Of a stretch of 64,000 nucleotides of DNA, positions 1 to 13,672 are shown piece by piece. The position numbers and the translations under genes were made by a program. The DNA lies in assembly GCA_030265395.1 (NCBI GenBank), contig JARFYF010000055.1, forward strand, positions 22,101,747-22,165,746, in the 5' to 3' direction. The stretch is from Rhina ancylostomus (lineage: Eukaryota). The notes under the pieces were generated by a model. It was given only the letters and a program-made list of their open reading frames with translations, was not told the origin of the DNA and did not search any database. Every line of letters begins with the position of its first letter. The stretch's first letter is position 1.

Positions 1-639
1 ATTTACAAAGATTTAAAGTAACTAAAGCAACTGGCAACACTGGTCTTGTAACAAACTAGAAAAAATACTCCAGATTTTACCTTATTGAACGCTTTCAAAA
101 GAACAGATTCCAGTTTGTTTGAGAAAATGGGTGCAAAATAAAGCAGTTTCTTGTGGAAAAAGTTTCATGAACAATATACTCTGTGTAAAAAAAAATAGTT
201 GTACCACTATCTTTGCATTCATGTTTTTTAAAAAACAATTTAATCAGTCCTTTATAAAGAGTTCTAGGATGAATCCTGGAACATTTTTCTAGTTGGTTAC
301 AAGACCATTGTGTTCCCAGTTGTTTTGGTTATTTCACTGATTTAATTTTGTCTACTTTTTTGTGGAACTCTTTTCCTTATCAGCAATTTCTGCTGTCATG
401 GAAATGAAAGCAACATTTGAAATGAGATTGTTTATGAGCCAGCTAAGGGTTCTTGCAAGGAAACTTCAATGAGAATTTTTTTAGGTGTCCTCTTTGGAGA
501 AGGAGAAATAAGGGGTAAGGAAGTAAGAGACACTAAATATCACAACTTTCAATATTGAAGATGTCACTGTAGCTGCAGTGTATAACTATCTACGAAATGT
601 ACTGCGCTTGCCCACATCCTGTGAATGATAGAAAAATGC

Positions 640-1072
640 TGGATGCTGGAAAATAGGACAGCACAGCAAGAGGGCCTTTGGCCCACAATGTCTGTGCTGA
701 CTATGATAGAAAATGAATCTAATTTTATATGCCTGCACATGATCAAAATCCCTCCGTTCCCTTCATGTTTGCGTGTCTGTCTGAATGCCACTGTCATGTC
801 AGCCCTGGCACCTACCACTCTGTATAAAAACAATTTTACCCCTCTTACCTTGAATATATGCCCTCTAGTATTTGACATTTCTACTCTGGTGGAAGATACT
901 CCTCTACTAGCTTATTCGTGCCTCTCATAATTTTGTAAACTTCTATCTGATCTCTGCCTTTGCTCCAAAGAAATCAATCCACTTGTCCACCCTCATTATT
1001 AGCTAATACTTTCTAATCCAGGCATCCTGGTGAACCTCTTGCACCTTCTCTAAAGTCTCCACATCCTTAATG
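640..1072 (-). mobile_element. CR1-type LINE 3' end fragment, degraded
   Basis: Same tail as other copies (acagcacag...ggcctttggcccacaatg). The minus-strand frame reads KDVETLEKVQ..., an ORF2 C-terminal motif. Confidence 0.7.
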
Positions 1073-4000
1073 GGGTTAACTTCCCTGATTTTCTTTTTTA
1101 AAAAAATGTAACACTGACAGAATTCAGCTTTTGCTCTTAAGTGTGCATTTTCTGCTCCCACTGCTATCTCATTTAAATCATAAATGGTCATCTAAGGAGA
1201 GAAATGTTTTTTGTACAATCTTTTGTGTGTCTGCAAGCTGCTAGTGCACAGTCTTCTCCAAGCTGCAAACTTCCTGACTTGGAAGTATAATTGCCATCCC
1301 TTCATCTTTGCTGGATTTAAACCTTGAATTTCCTAACCAACCACTAGATGCACCCTTGAGGTCTACACCAGTTGATGAGCTTGCTGTTTGGAAAAGAAGA
1401 GTCTTCCCAGTCAGAATAGGAAGTAGGCATACATTTGAGTGCAAAATAAGCTTTTGAGCATTGTGCAGAAGTGGGAATAACCTAAACTCCTCTAATTTTG
1501 AGGCTCCTTGGAAATGTGCATAACTGGGGATTTCTATATTAACTTCCAAAAATAATGTTTAAAGGAAGTATTGGTATAAGCATCTGAAATACTGTTAGAA
1601 AGTTGAAACAAATTTAAATATTTGACTATTATAGTGGTAATTTATTTGCTCAATGCAAACTTTGGTTTTGGTTTAATTCAGTTAAACTAATTCAAGAACA
1701 ATTGCAGCTAAAAGTCTAGAAGCAAATTTGGTGGTGCAAAGCAGTTTAAGTTATACTCAACTATATCAAACTCATTTCTTGTTAAGTTGAAAACATGAGC
1801 TGAGAAGACTAGGTGCTTTCTACCTGCTCAGTGGGAAGATGTGACAAGTTATTCATTTCCTACCTTTGCATGTGCTTGAATATTGTGCTAAAACTAACAA
1901 TAAAGGTAAGTTAGAGTTTGAAATTGAATTTAATTTTGAGGATGGCCAATTAATGTTAAGTTATAAAGTTAGGTATTTTGAACTTAAATTAAGGAGTTGT
2001 ATGTAAACACTGTATATTGGAATCGATGTAGTGTTTCACCAGGAGCTCAAAATGTTGACCATATTGCCCAGTCAAGTTTGACCTGATCTCATTGACTAGT
2101 GTTGGGTGGATGTGAAAACAAAATAAAGTTGAATTACAAGATGAAACAAAGGCTATCAGAAATAGCAAAACTGCAGATGGAAATCCAAAAGAAAAACTGA
2201 AAATCAAGAACAGCAAGTTGGGTAGCAGTGAAATAATTGCAGATGTAAATGCTTTAAATGGCAGGGATTAAGATTCAATAACTTGGTCATGCAAAAGGTT
2301 AGGATTTATGATTTGGGATGTTGAAGGAAGAATGAGTATCAAGTAACAATTAGGAAATGCAGACCTCCAAGTGCTTCCACTATATAGTTGGTTAGGGAAT
2401 TTCGGTATTTAACCCCAGCAATGATGAAGGGGATGGCTATTATATTTTCAAGTTGGAATGGTATGTGGTTTGGAGACTCTGCAAGTGATGTTCCTATGTG
2501 TTTACTGCCATTGTTCTCAATAAATGTCATGGATTTTGAGGATGGTGCACATGGCAGCTGATCTGGTGATGAATGGAGTGTCATTCCAGCAAACTGCTTG
2601 TCCTAAATGGTGTTGTTTTTGTTAGAGCTACAATCGGTCACTGATCAGTGCTGTAGATGGTTGGCTATAGGGCTGCCATGAGGAACACTTGCCTTTTCAT
2701 ATTTTCCCATGATGCTCATTGATTTCAGTTTTACTAAACAAAATGCATGCATGGGTCAAGGCTGGAGCTGAGTGGTCTTAGCAAAACAAAGACTGGGTCT
2801 TTGAAGTTATTGCTAGTGCTGCTTCACATGTTGACTTGGAAGTAATGACCACGTTATATTTGTCTGGATTTGGTCACAGAACATTATGCAATCTGGAGTG
2901 CAAGCCATCAATATTGCAGGTATAATGTGGATGTCCGAGAGCCTTTATCCAGTGCTCTCAGCTGTTTGAGGTGACATAGAATCAACTTGGCTGAAGGCAG
3001 GGTTCTGTGATGAGGATCCCAAGAGAAAGTTGAGATTGATTATCTACCTGGTACTTGTGGCCGAATGTGGTTGCTTCCATATGATCCTTTGCATTTCTCC
3101 AACCACTGAGGATGGTATGTTTTTGAAGCTGCCTGCCATTCGTAACTGGGATATGGCAGGAACTGAGTTTTGATCTGATCTGTTGATGTAGACTTGGCTT
3201 GGTATCCCTGGTGTTAATCTTGGCATCCCTNNNNNNNNNNGTCCACGGGATCTTGTGGATGTCCAGTTTTGAGCTGCCAGATCTGTTTTGAGTTTAAAAG
3301 CAAAACAGTAGAGGTGCTGTATGTGTGAAGAAAATAAGAATTTATTGAAGATGCTCAACAGCTGGGCAGTATCTGTGGAGAGAAATGATTGTTTCCCATT
3401 TCTGACAAAGTGCTTCAACCTGAAATATTACTTGTTTCTCTCTGCAAAGGTGCTAGTGGACTCGAGTGTTTCTGGTATTTTCTGTTGTCATTAGTGTTTG
3501 TTTTTGAGTCCTCTTGGCATTTTTGTAAAGATGGCACTTCAAGGTCTGTGCAATAGTCATTTCTACCAATACTGCCATGGACAGATGCATTTGCCATAGA
3601 TCATGTGGTCGTGTGGTTTTTTTCCCCCTCATTGATTCACTACCTGCCACAGACTCAGTGGCAGTCATGTCTGTAGAAGGAGATTAGGAGGAAATTTGCT
3701 TGCCCATGACCTGATGCCACGAGACTTCATTGGTTCCAGAGATTATGTTGAGGATTCCCTGAGTGAGTTACTCTTTTCTCCACTACTGCCTCATCTGGTA
3801 GCCTTGTCTTATTGGGGCTGTGGAATTGTGGAAGAGTCTGGTGCATTGTAAGCTATGTTTGTTAGGTGGTTCCTTCACTACTGTGAAATGATTCTCCTAG
3901 TTTAGACACCAATCTGCAGATGTTTGTGAGGACATTTTTTTGTAAGGTGGACTAGGCTATCTAAGCTTGGGACCCAGGTCCATGCCAGGTGGTCCACCTG

Positions 4001-4431
4001 GTTCTATTCAGCTTTAATGCATCATTTGGTGGTGCATCAGTTCAACGATATGTTGCAGAGTAAGACTTATTTTAATGCCAGTTCTGGGAAGGACATGACT
4101 GAACCTGATGAATTTCTGTGACAATACAATAATTCTATCAACACTACCAAGACTAGATTTTATAAAAAAAATCTTGACAGCTGCTGTGAGTCACTTGGAG
4201 CCCTCTTCTCATTTCAGACCAAATATCTGGGTTACTAGTCTGGTAGATTTGCAATTGTCTTGTTTTAATTTGCCATTAAAAGAACATGTTAGGTTCACCT
4301 TTTTAAATGTGCAGCATACGCTTGTGTATATGTTGCATTTATGATCTTAGATTTTTTAATAAAAATTTGGTCTTCAGACATGTAGCTATAATTTGCATTT
4401 ATTTTTCCTCACTTTCCTATTGAAATTTCAG

Positions 4432-4575
4432 AACAAATATTTCAGAACATCAAACAAGAATATAGCCGTTTCCAATGGAGGCGACAGTTAGAAGGAAGCT
4501 TTAATCAAAGTGAAACAAACTGTTCTGCTGAGGGATCATCTAACAATTTGTTACTAAATGCACCAACTTCACCAG
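4432..4575 (+). CDS. akirin1: Akirin-1, internal coding exon (exon 2 equivalent)
   Basis: tttcag| acceptor and cag|gtaagc donor, 144 nt, phase 1/1. Translates (E)QIFQNIKQEYSRFQWRRQLEGSFNQSETNCSAEGSSNNLLLNAPTSP(G), matching the AKIRIN1 motif EQIFQNIKQEYSR. Exon 1 lies upstream of the window. Confidence 0.93.
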
Positions 4576-6729
4576 GTAAGCAAGATTTCCAAAATATTTT
4601 AATCTTCAGTACTTTTTAGCCCACTTAATTCAAAGGATGAAGAATCACTTGATTTGCCTCCCATTAAACCTCTGGTTAATGGGAATAAAAAGTAGACAGT
4701 TTCTGATGTTTCAGACTGAGTGTATATTCAGTAAATGACAAACCTAAAATGATTACTCTTTAGGGCAAATGTTTCAAATAATACATTCTAAGAAGCAAAA
4801 CGAAGGCATGCTGTAGGGTCCATGTTTTTGTTTTGGGGCTAGGCTTGTAACTTGGACACACTGACCCTGGTTTATGAATATCTTTTTGCATTATTTTAAA
4901 TGGAAGACTTTATAGTGAATTTTGTTTTGCGAATGGTTGCATGAGGTGGGGTTATTGATGAGTGGCAGCAAAAATTCAGAAGTGCTTAAATTTTCCATTA
5001 CTGGAGAAGGTGGTGACTTAATATTCTTCTGTCACAGCTGAAGGTTAAAGGGCAAAAAATTAACCAGAACGACATCCCAGAATTAAAAAAAACTCTCACA
5101 TCAAGCTATTGTACTTTCTGTCAGTTTTACATTTTGAAACTTTGAATTGAGAAGGGTCCATTGTGTCCAGTAGTGATTTTAAACTTAAGATGTATTAATT
5201 GCAGGAAAAGATAAAATCATCCAACAGTTAAGAGCAATCTGCAAAATTGTTTTTTTGTTAATGTAAGAGCAATGTACTTGTCTTTAATACATTACTATAG
5301 TTATAGAATGAAGGCAATCTGGGCAGGATTGGGGGCACAGGTTGCTGAGGGAAAGAAAATAAGATGGGATATGTTGAATTTGATATCTGATGCTGGTTTA
5401 TTGCAAACCACATCCAGGTGGATATTGTCTCACTTCATAAAATTGTTTTCACCCAAGACCATAGGCCCACTGTGCCTTTGCCTTTTCCACTTTTTTTTTT
5501 GTTGCAATCCAGTTACTCATTTCTCCCATCTGTTTGCTCATCCCTTAAGGTTTAATTCTCCAAATATTGATCCAATTTCACTTTGGCTACAATGGAATCT
5601 GTATCTGCCATACTGTGTTTTAGATCATATGTACTCAGTCACTTAAGTACATATCTACTGGTACTCCTTTATTTTTTACCAATTATTTTTATCTACATCC
5701 CTTGGTCATTAAATCCTTTTCTATTAAAATAACATTCCTTGGGTTACCTTATTAAAGGCCTTTGAGTTTTGTACACAGTCAAATGTACTGTATCAATTAT
5801 GTTCCTCATCATTAGAGTGCTATTAAAACTTTTCTACTTCCTCTTTAAGGCCTTCACATCTTCTGCAAAATGTGTTGATTTGAATTGGATGCAATATTTA
5901 AATTATGGCTCCATTTATAAAACCTAATGTCCTATAACTTGGTCTTTCTTGCCACCTTCAGAACATGATGTGTTTCTTTACTTGGAAATTGTATGGGTCT
6001 TAAGTAGCTTAGCTGTTTTAATTAATTTTTTTCCATGAATCTTTCTTAAATTTACCTAGCTAACAACATTGATCTGGTCTGTGATTGCCAGATTTGGCCT
6101 TGCATCCTTTTTTTGAATAAGGATTTTTTTACCCAATCTTCAAGTACCACTTCTGTTACAGGTGGGATTGGGGGGATTATAGTCAACCCTTCTGTGGTGT
6201 CTACTGCCACTTGATTGCCCAGACTGGTTGCACCCAGGGCTATATATCTGTTTTTAAGCAAGCCAGCTGCCTTGATGTTTGACCCATCTATTATCTCAGC
6301 TTTCCCTTTTTACTGTTTCTGTTTGTGGCAACAATCACCACTTGATCATGACATACAGATAATTTGTATACTTCAGCCATGCCCTTTGCATCCATTGCAA
6401 AAGCTGACTTTTTTGGTCAATTCTCTCCCCTTATGCTCACAGACTGTGTTATCCTCTGTTAGTTTCCAGTCTATTTCTTAGTCATTGTCATCTTTTTACT
6501 TTTATTTTGTCTGGCTATTGTATGTTATCCATTTGATGTATCATTTGGCATGTTTCTGTCCTACATCTCAGTGGTTTCCAAAATTCCTTGCAGAAATCAT
6601 TTCATTTTGGGAGTACATATAGGGCACAAAAGTAAATGAGAATGGGAAATGCTTGATCACATATTTGATGGAGTCATGGCCATAGTGATTTTTGGCTACA
6701 TATTTGTCTGAGCTTTGTTTCTTTCATAG

Positions 6730-6861
6730 GTACATTATCAAAGAAAGATCAGCCGTTGTTCACATTACGACAGGTTGGGATAATCTGCGAGCGTCTCCTT
6801 AAAGACCATGAAAGCAAGATCCGGGAGGAATATGAACAAGTTCTAAACACGAAACTTGCAG
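6730..6861 (+). CDS. akirin1: Akirin-1, coding exon 3
   Basis: tttcatag| acceptor, 132 nt. Translates (G)[43 protein letters not shown](E), the conserved akirin core. The donor is cag|gcaaga (GC type). Confidence 0.95.
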
Positions 6862-7869
6862 GCAAGAGCATCACAAAAATAATTAATCACCTAGANNNNN
6901 NNNNNNNNNNNNNNNNNNNNNNNNNNNNNNNNNNNNNNNNNNNNNNNNNNNNNNNNNNNNNGGGTCAGACACAAGGTGCAGTGACCATCTTTGGGGGCAT
7001 GGTGTATTTACAGACTTTTGTACTATGTCAGCTGTCACTGTTGGGTGTGGGGGAGAGCTGTGAAACAGGCTTCAGTATTTTGACTGTCCTTTCTAGTTGT
7101 AGCTATCTGTCATCAGATCATCCATTGAAATCTACAATTCTGGAGATACTTTACAATTTAATATTAAAAATTCTATTGGGAACTTCAATCCTTGCTTCTC
7201 TTTCCTGACTATTGTGCTTGCTATTCTCCACATTCATTTTGAGAATTTTTTTTAACCTCAAATATTTTGAGTGGGTCTTTGAATATTTATGGTAAAGATT
7301 TTTTTTCATTTAGCTGTGAGATGGAATGTTCCACTTTATACTAGACTTGCCGCCAGGGTAAATTGTCTGTAGAAATCAAAGTACATAAACTTTTGTGAGA
7401 AATGGTTCTTGATTTGTACTGAAGAACCCTACTTTTAATACATAGAGTACCCCTTCAGCATACAAAGAGGAACTCTGCCCCTTGTTGGTGACATTGAAGT
7501 AATTATTCAATTAATTCCACTCCCTTACTGTCTCCTTTTTAGTCCTGCAAATTTAGTATACAGTTAATTGAGAGCAGTAAAGATTTCCTGCTTTCAGTTA
7601 AAATCTCTAAGGTCTTTTCTCTATCGCTCTTCCCTTGCCTCTTCCTGTTAATTGTTAACACACAGTATTCGGACAATGCAATTTCAAAGGCAATAGAGAC
7701 AATTTGACTTTGAGAAGTGTGTGATTAATCTAGTGTTGAAAATCGGCATACACTGTATTGTGGGGGAAAGAGGGGTGAGCTCAAAGCTACGGGTTGTTTA
7801 GATTTTTTTAAGTTGGTGCTTGATGGTTCCACAGCAGGGCTACATGGGGAAAAAAATCCAAGGACTTCC

Positions 7870-9385
7870 TGACTATGTTGCTACTTTCAGGGAACAATGA
7901 ACTTGCGCTTCAGGATAGTTCCATACATCAATGCTTCTAAATGTCCTCCTGCCATTTAAAATATACTTTCCTCTTGCATTTGACCTCCTAAAGTACAGCA
8001 CATCACATTTGTCTGGATTAAACTCCATCTGCCCTTTCTCTTCCCACACTTCGAACTGGTCTGTATCCTGAATTCTTGGACAACCTTCCTCACTATCCAC
8101 AACTCCACTAATTTTTGTCACTTGCAAGTTGCTAATTGGCCCACCTTCATTTTTGTCCAAATCAATTGTATAAATCGCAAACAAGAAGTCCATGTACCGA
8201 TCCATGTGGAACACCACTGGTCATAGACATTCAGTCACAATAACACCCCTCCACTGCTACCCTCTCTCTTCTATGGCCAAGTGAATTTTGAATCCAATCT
8301 ATAAAATCTCCATGGTCCCATATGCCTTGATCTTCTGGATTAGCCTACCATGAGGGACTTCATTGAAAGCTTTTCTGAAGTCCATGTATGATACACCCAC
8401 TGTCCAACTCTCATTAATTATCTTTGTTACCTCAAAATAAAACCAGCTTGGGTTTAAGACATGACATTCCCATGCTGACTATCCCTAATAAGTCAATGCT
8501 TTTCTAGATGTGAGTAAATCCTATCCCAATGAATCTTTAATTTCCCTACCATTGATGGAGGGCTCACTGGCCTATAATTTTCTGGTTTGTCTTTATTGCT
8601 CTTAAACAGAGGAACAACATTGGCTATTCTCCAATCCTCTGGGACCTTGCCTGTGGCTAAAGAGGATACAAAGATGTTTGTCAAAGCCTTTCTCATTAAC
8701 CTGGATAGATCCCATCAGGTCTTGGGGACTTACCTACCTTAATGTTCTTCAAGAGTCCCAGCACCCCACCATGTCCGTCATATCAACATGTCCTCATGTC
8801 ATTATACCCCTCCCTGATCTGCTATCTTCCATGTCCTTCTCAATAAATACTGATACAAAGTACTCATTTAGTACCTCACTGAGTCCTTCTGGTTCCAGGC
8901 ATGAATTCCCTCCTTTATCTTTAAGTGGTCCTGCCCTGTCCATAGTTAACCTTTAACGCATCTATAAAATACCTTGAAATTTATTAATCCTAGTCACCCA
9001 GAACGTTTCATAGACCCTTTTAGTCCTCCTGATTCTGCTTAAATTCTTTGTTTTCTTATTTCACAATGGTCCTGTTGCCTATGTTTTTTCTTTGACTAAA
9101 TTTGCAACATCTCTTGTTATCCAAGATTGAACCTTGTCTTCCTCACAGGAGCACATTGGTCCTGAACTCTGACCAGCTGGCCTTTAAACAACTCTCACCT
9201 CAGATGTGGACTTGCCCAATAACAGCTACTCCAACCTACATTCTCCAGCTCCTGTTTAATATTGTTGAATTGAGCCTTTTCCCAATTTGGCACTTTCCCT
9301 TGAGATCCAGTGTAATCCTTATTCATAACTCTATCAAAACTTATGGAGTTGTGATCATTGTTCCCAACATGCTCTCCCAAAGGCA
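7870..9385 (-). mobile_element. CR1 LINE ORF2 (reverse transcriptase) fragment, disrupted
   Basis: Minus-strand ORFs contain VPEDWRIANVVPLFK, NYRPVS, GVVDSEEGC and QMEFNPDKC, broken by frameshifts and stops. Confidence 0.88.
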
Positions 9386-9672
9386 ACTTTGTACAGTGAT
9401 CACTCTTTGCCCTCCAGCTTGGGAGGGGAAGAGAAACTACTTAATGTTGATCCTTGTGTAAAATGGCTTGATGAATGTTTAAAAACTTGTTTTTAGTGAA
9501 ATTTAAATTTTTTTTAAAGAGATGTATAATGAAAAGCTCTTTACAAATTAATTTTTCATTGATCATAATATAGATGAGTGTGTATAGTGAACTTTGTAAT
9601 ATTCTCAACTGAATCAAATCGAAGTGATTTTAAAACATTCTTTAGACTGTCAGAATTGGGCTGAATTTTTAA

Positions 9673-9795
<123 letters not shown>

Positions 9796-11166
9796 TAAAA
9801 ATTTTTCAGAATGATGTGGAAGTAAAGAGTAATTAGACTTGATCATACTCCACAACTAATGTGGCTGGCCATTGTGGATTCACTTTTGCCATTCAATACT
9901 CTTTCCCAAATGGAAAGTTTCAAAGCAATTTAAAACCTTTTCCTGAGCAGCAGTATTCGAGCTAGCTCTAAACAATTTTGTAGACTACTGATTTATCTGT
10001 TTGTGCAGTTTGAGCAAAAGTGAATTCTGACTTTATTGAAATTTATGGAGGTGTTGCACTGGGAGGGCAACTCTAGTTAAACATCACCAAAAGTAAAGTT
10101 TCTGTTAATAGTCTATCATTGTTTGGGGTGTGAAAATGTTGCCTCTCAAGCACTCTAGTCCTTATGACTGCCATGCTATAAAATGGAGTTACGTAGTGAT
10201 CATATTTTAAAAAAGAGTAGGAGTAGGCCATTTGAGCGTGCTCAACTGTTCAGGTTTGTGGCTGATTTTCTCCTTCATGTCACTTTCCTGCAGTATACCC
10301 ATGCCCTTTGGAGTTTTGTGATTTTTGTTTTTTGTTTAAAGATGATCATTCTTTGTTTTGAATGAACTTCATGACTGAACCTCCTCTGCCTCAAGGTAGA
10401 AAATTGCAAAGATTCATCACCCTCTGTGTGAAGAACTTTCTTGTCTTGGTCCTGAATGGGCTACTTATTCTGACAATTACCACAGTTGATGGAAGACTTT
10501 TCCTTCAGGATAGGATATTCCTTGGTTGTTGAGTTGCTCACCTTTTTACAAGGTGAGATTTATTGGGAGTTGCTGAAGATTGGGTGAGTTGCTGAGCATA
10601 TTATGCCAGTGTATATATTTGCCAGGGATAGGTGTTCAAGCTGGAAGCTGAATTGCCTAGTCAGAACTTTTCCTTGATTACAGCAAATTGCTTGAGTTTC
10701 TTGCTGCTGTACCTTCCTCAGAAAGTGGAGAAAATTTCTTCATGCTAATTGGCATATACTTTGAGCCACTTGGCTTCTGACATTTTCATAAAATAGTTGC
10801 TGGAGTTGAGTTCCTGCATGGTGATCACCTGGATATTGATGCTGAGCTCATTGAATGCTGTGAAAAGGTGGTTAACTTATTCCTTTTTGATCATTGGCAC
10901 TTGTTCATTAGCCCAGGTATGTTGGTATGAGCTGCTTTATTTTAGGATGGCTGAATGAAGCGTGATATTGCAATCATTAATGAACCACTGCAATTTTGAG
11001 CTTTTATAGTCTAGAATTAGTAATTGTAGTAGTTCAAACTTGGAAACAGCTTTATTTTCCATTTACTGGAGTAGTTTCCCCCAAATTGTTGATTTCTGCT
11101 TTTGACTCAATTCTGGTTGATAACAAGTACAGTCACTTTCACCTTGCAACTTTTTGTTTTATCATA

Positions 11167-11522
11167 TGTTATGGACTAGGACTGTTGGTGAGTGTCCCTT
11201 TTAGATTGTGTGTGTGTGTGGCATGCTTACGTCAACAGAAGATAAAGAACGTCATGACGTTGTTGAAACAACCAGTCGGAGTCNNNNNNNNNNNNNNNNN
11301 NNNNNNNNNNNNNNNNNNNNNNNNNNNNNNNNNNNNNNNNNNNNNNNNNNNNNNNNNNNNNNNNNNNNNNNNNNNNNNNNNNNNNNNNNNNNNNNNNNNN
11401 NNNNNNNNNNNNNNNNNNNNNNNNNNNNNNNNNNNNNNNNNNNNNNNNNNNNNNNNNNNNNNNNNNNNNNNNNNNNNNNNNNNNNNNNNNNNNNNNNNNN
11501 NNNNNNNNNNNNNNNNNNNNNN
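11167..11522 (+). mobile_element. Solo LTR (same family as 47352-47706), 3' part in gap
   Basis: tgttatggactagg...gtgag...(gt)n ggcatgcttacgtcaacag matches the reverse complement of the right end of the 47352-47706 element. Confidence 0.7.
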
Positions 11523-13661
11523 ATCACAGGTCAACTTTGATTGTCCATCCTTAATTTTTCCTCAGGGTAGTGATGGCCTTTGCCATGAACTTGTATAATA
11601 AGTGGGAGAGAACTCTCCCAAGTCCAGTCCTAATGAATGAGTGATTTTTTTTTCATTAAAGCTTGACTGATGTGATTTTAAAGTGGAGGTTGTAGGTGAT
11701 GTTGTCCTTGTACTCTTGTTTCCCTTGCTCTGCTAGGAAAGATAGCTTTGGGTTTTGGAAGGTGTCACAGAAGTAATGCACCTTGGACACTGCCACTACA
11801 CACCATGATAGTGGTGAAAGTACAAGATGGAAGATTAACCAGGTTCCAGTTGTACAGTTTGTCCTCTATCTCAAAGAGAAAGCAGAGGATGGCCTTTGAA
11901 GCTGAATTTGATGAGTAGCCATGTAAGGGGTGTTGAGCCAAAGAATATTTGAAGGTTGACCAAAAGCTGGGAGGGCTACACTTTGGGTGGTTTAGCCCTT
12001 TGTTTAAATGGGTGAGGTAGTTGAAAATTTTCATTTTGACAGGAAGTTGGAGATGCAGACAATTTAAAGATGAATCAAAAGTGTGGATCTACTTGCAGAA
12101 TTAATGGCCATCAGAAATGAATAAATGAACAGAAAGCTGAGTGGGCAATACAAAGTACTGGAAGAACTCTGATCAGGCAGCATCTGTGGAGGGAAATACT
12201 CCAGTAGTGCTCCTGAGGATTTAGGGCTGGAGTTGGTGAGAGGTTGTGGGGCAAGACCTTCGTGGAGAACTTAAATTGGGTGTTTTAGAAACTAGGTAAT
12301 AAGTTGAGATCTGGAGTAATGGATTAGTAAAACTTTTCAATATTTTTAAGTACTAATTTGCTCAAGGTAGTGAATGGGAAGTCAGCAAGGTGAGCTTAAA
12401 ATGTCACCTAAGAAAATATTAATGCTTGAAATACAAAAGTAGAAAAATGCAGTAAATTTTCAGAGCATCAGACAGCATCTGTAGAGTTGATATTGTGGTC
12501 CTCGGTATTTCAGATTGTCACCTGTTTATGCCTCTGGTCAAGCCATTACATCCCTCTTTTCATCTGGCAGCACCACCCTGACATCTTTTAGCGTGGTGGG
12601 GGGGGGGGGGGGGGGNNNNNNNNNNAAGAGAGCGGGGACCTAAACTTAAATTGTAACTTCTGTTCTGAAGAAACATTCTGTTTCTCTTTCTTTCCATTAT
12701 AATAGTCATGCATGGAGCCAATGCATGAGTGGATATTTCAGTATCTGGGAAGCATTGTAGAGGTAGTCTTGATGCCCAGCATCCCAGAACTAAATCTTTT
12801 GAAATTACCCTCCACAAATGTAAATGTAGATCCCACCAGACTTCTGCAGACTGAGGTGGGCTGCTAGTCATTCCTGACCTTTGATCCTCAAGTGGAATGC
12901 ATTTGTTCGGTCTGGTTACCATATTGCCTGTAATTTTCATGAATGAGTGGTTGTGATAATGGTATTATCTTGATTTGCAGTGAGCCTAATTGTGGGGTTC
13001 TGTGCTGTGTGCTTGCCTACAGCTCCCTCTGATTAAACTGTCAGTAGTCTTCATCCACAGCTTCTGCATAAAGGAAGACTGGCTGTTTTGGAGTACTGGA
13101 GAGCAGCTGGCATATATTGGACCAGCCCTGTATAAATTATTGCAATCAAGTGATGAGCTAAGAGGGAAATAGTCCCCTTTTCCTTAAGCATAACTCTCAA
13201 TGAAATGGATTGAGCCAAAAAGTTACATGATTAGTGCAATATTTTAAATTCCAAAATGTTAATGTTATGAAGGATGAATGCTGTACATTCTCAAGTTTTT
13301 TATCTTAGAGGATAGCCTTCAATTCCCTGATCTATGTGGAACTGGCAGTGAGACCTGGGCCAGACCAACCATCATATTAAATGGTGACATGGACTTGAGG
13401 GGTCAGGTGGCTCACTGTTCCTATTTTCTGTTTTGTGTTCCATGCTGATTTTTGTGCAAGTTGATGCACTTGAAGTTCTAATTTCCTTGAAGAATTCTTT
13501 TAGAATGTTTCATAATGCTACTTTAATGTAATTAGCATGGATATTTTGAAGGAACTTTTTATTTTAACTGGCTGACTGACTACATTGAACTTTGATCATA
13601 GGGACATCTCTAAATGTAAGAATTATTTTACTTTGCATAACAGTTTTTTTTCCTCTTACAG

Positions 13662-13672
13662 ATGTGTCCTGA
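13662..13672 (+). CDS. akirin1: Akirin-1, last coding exon (Y-V-S-stop)
   Basis: Strong acceptor ttttttttcctcttacag| followed by AT GTG TCC TGA. This completes the canonical akirin C-terminus SYVS*, in phase with exon 4. Confidence 0.93.

Noticed and set aside
6862-7208. Extension of the 150-aa ORF beyond KLA
   Set aside because: This is intron read-through past the GC donor and across an N gap; akirin similarity resumes only at 9686.
10996-11598. Long ORFs spanning N runs (also near 20320, 28875, 35804, 51468, 58839 and 61102)
   Set aside because: Their length is an artefact of assembly gaps translated as X.
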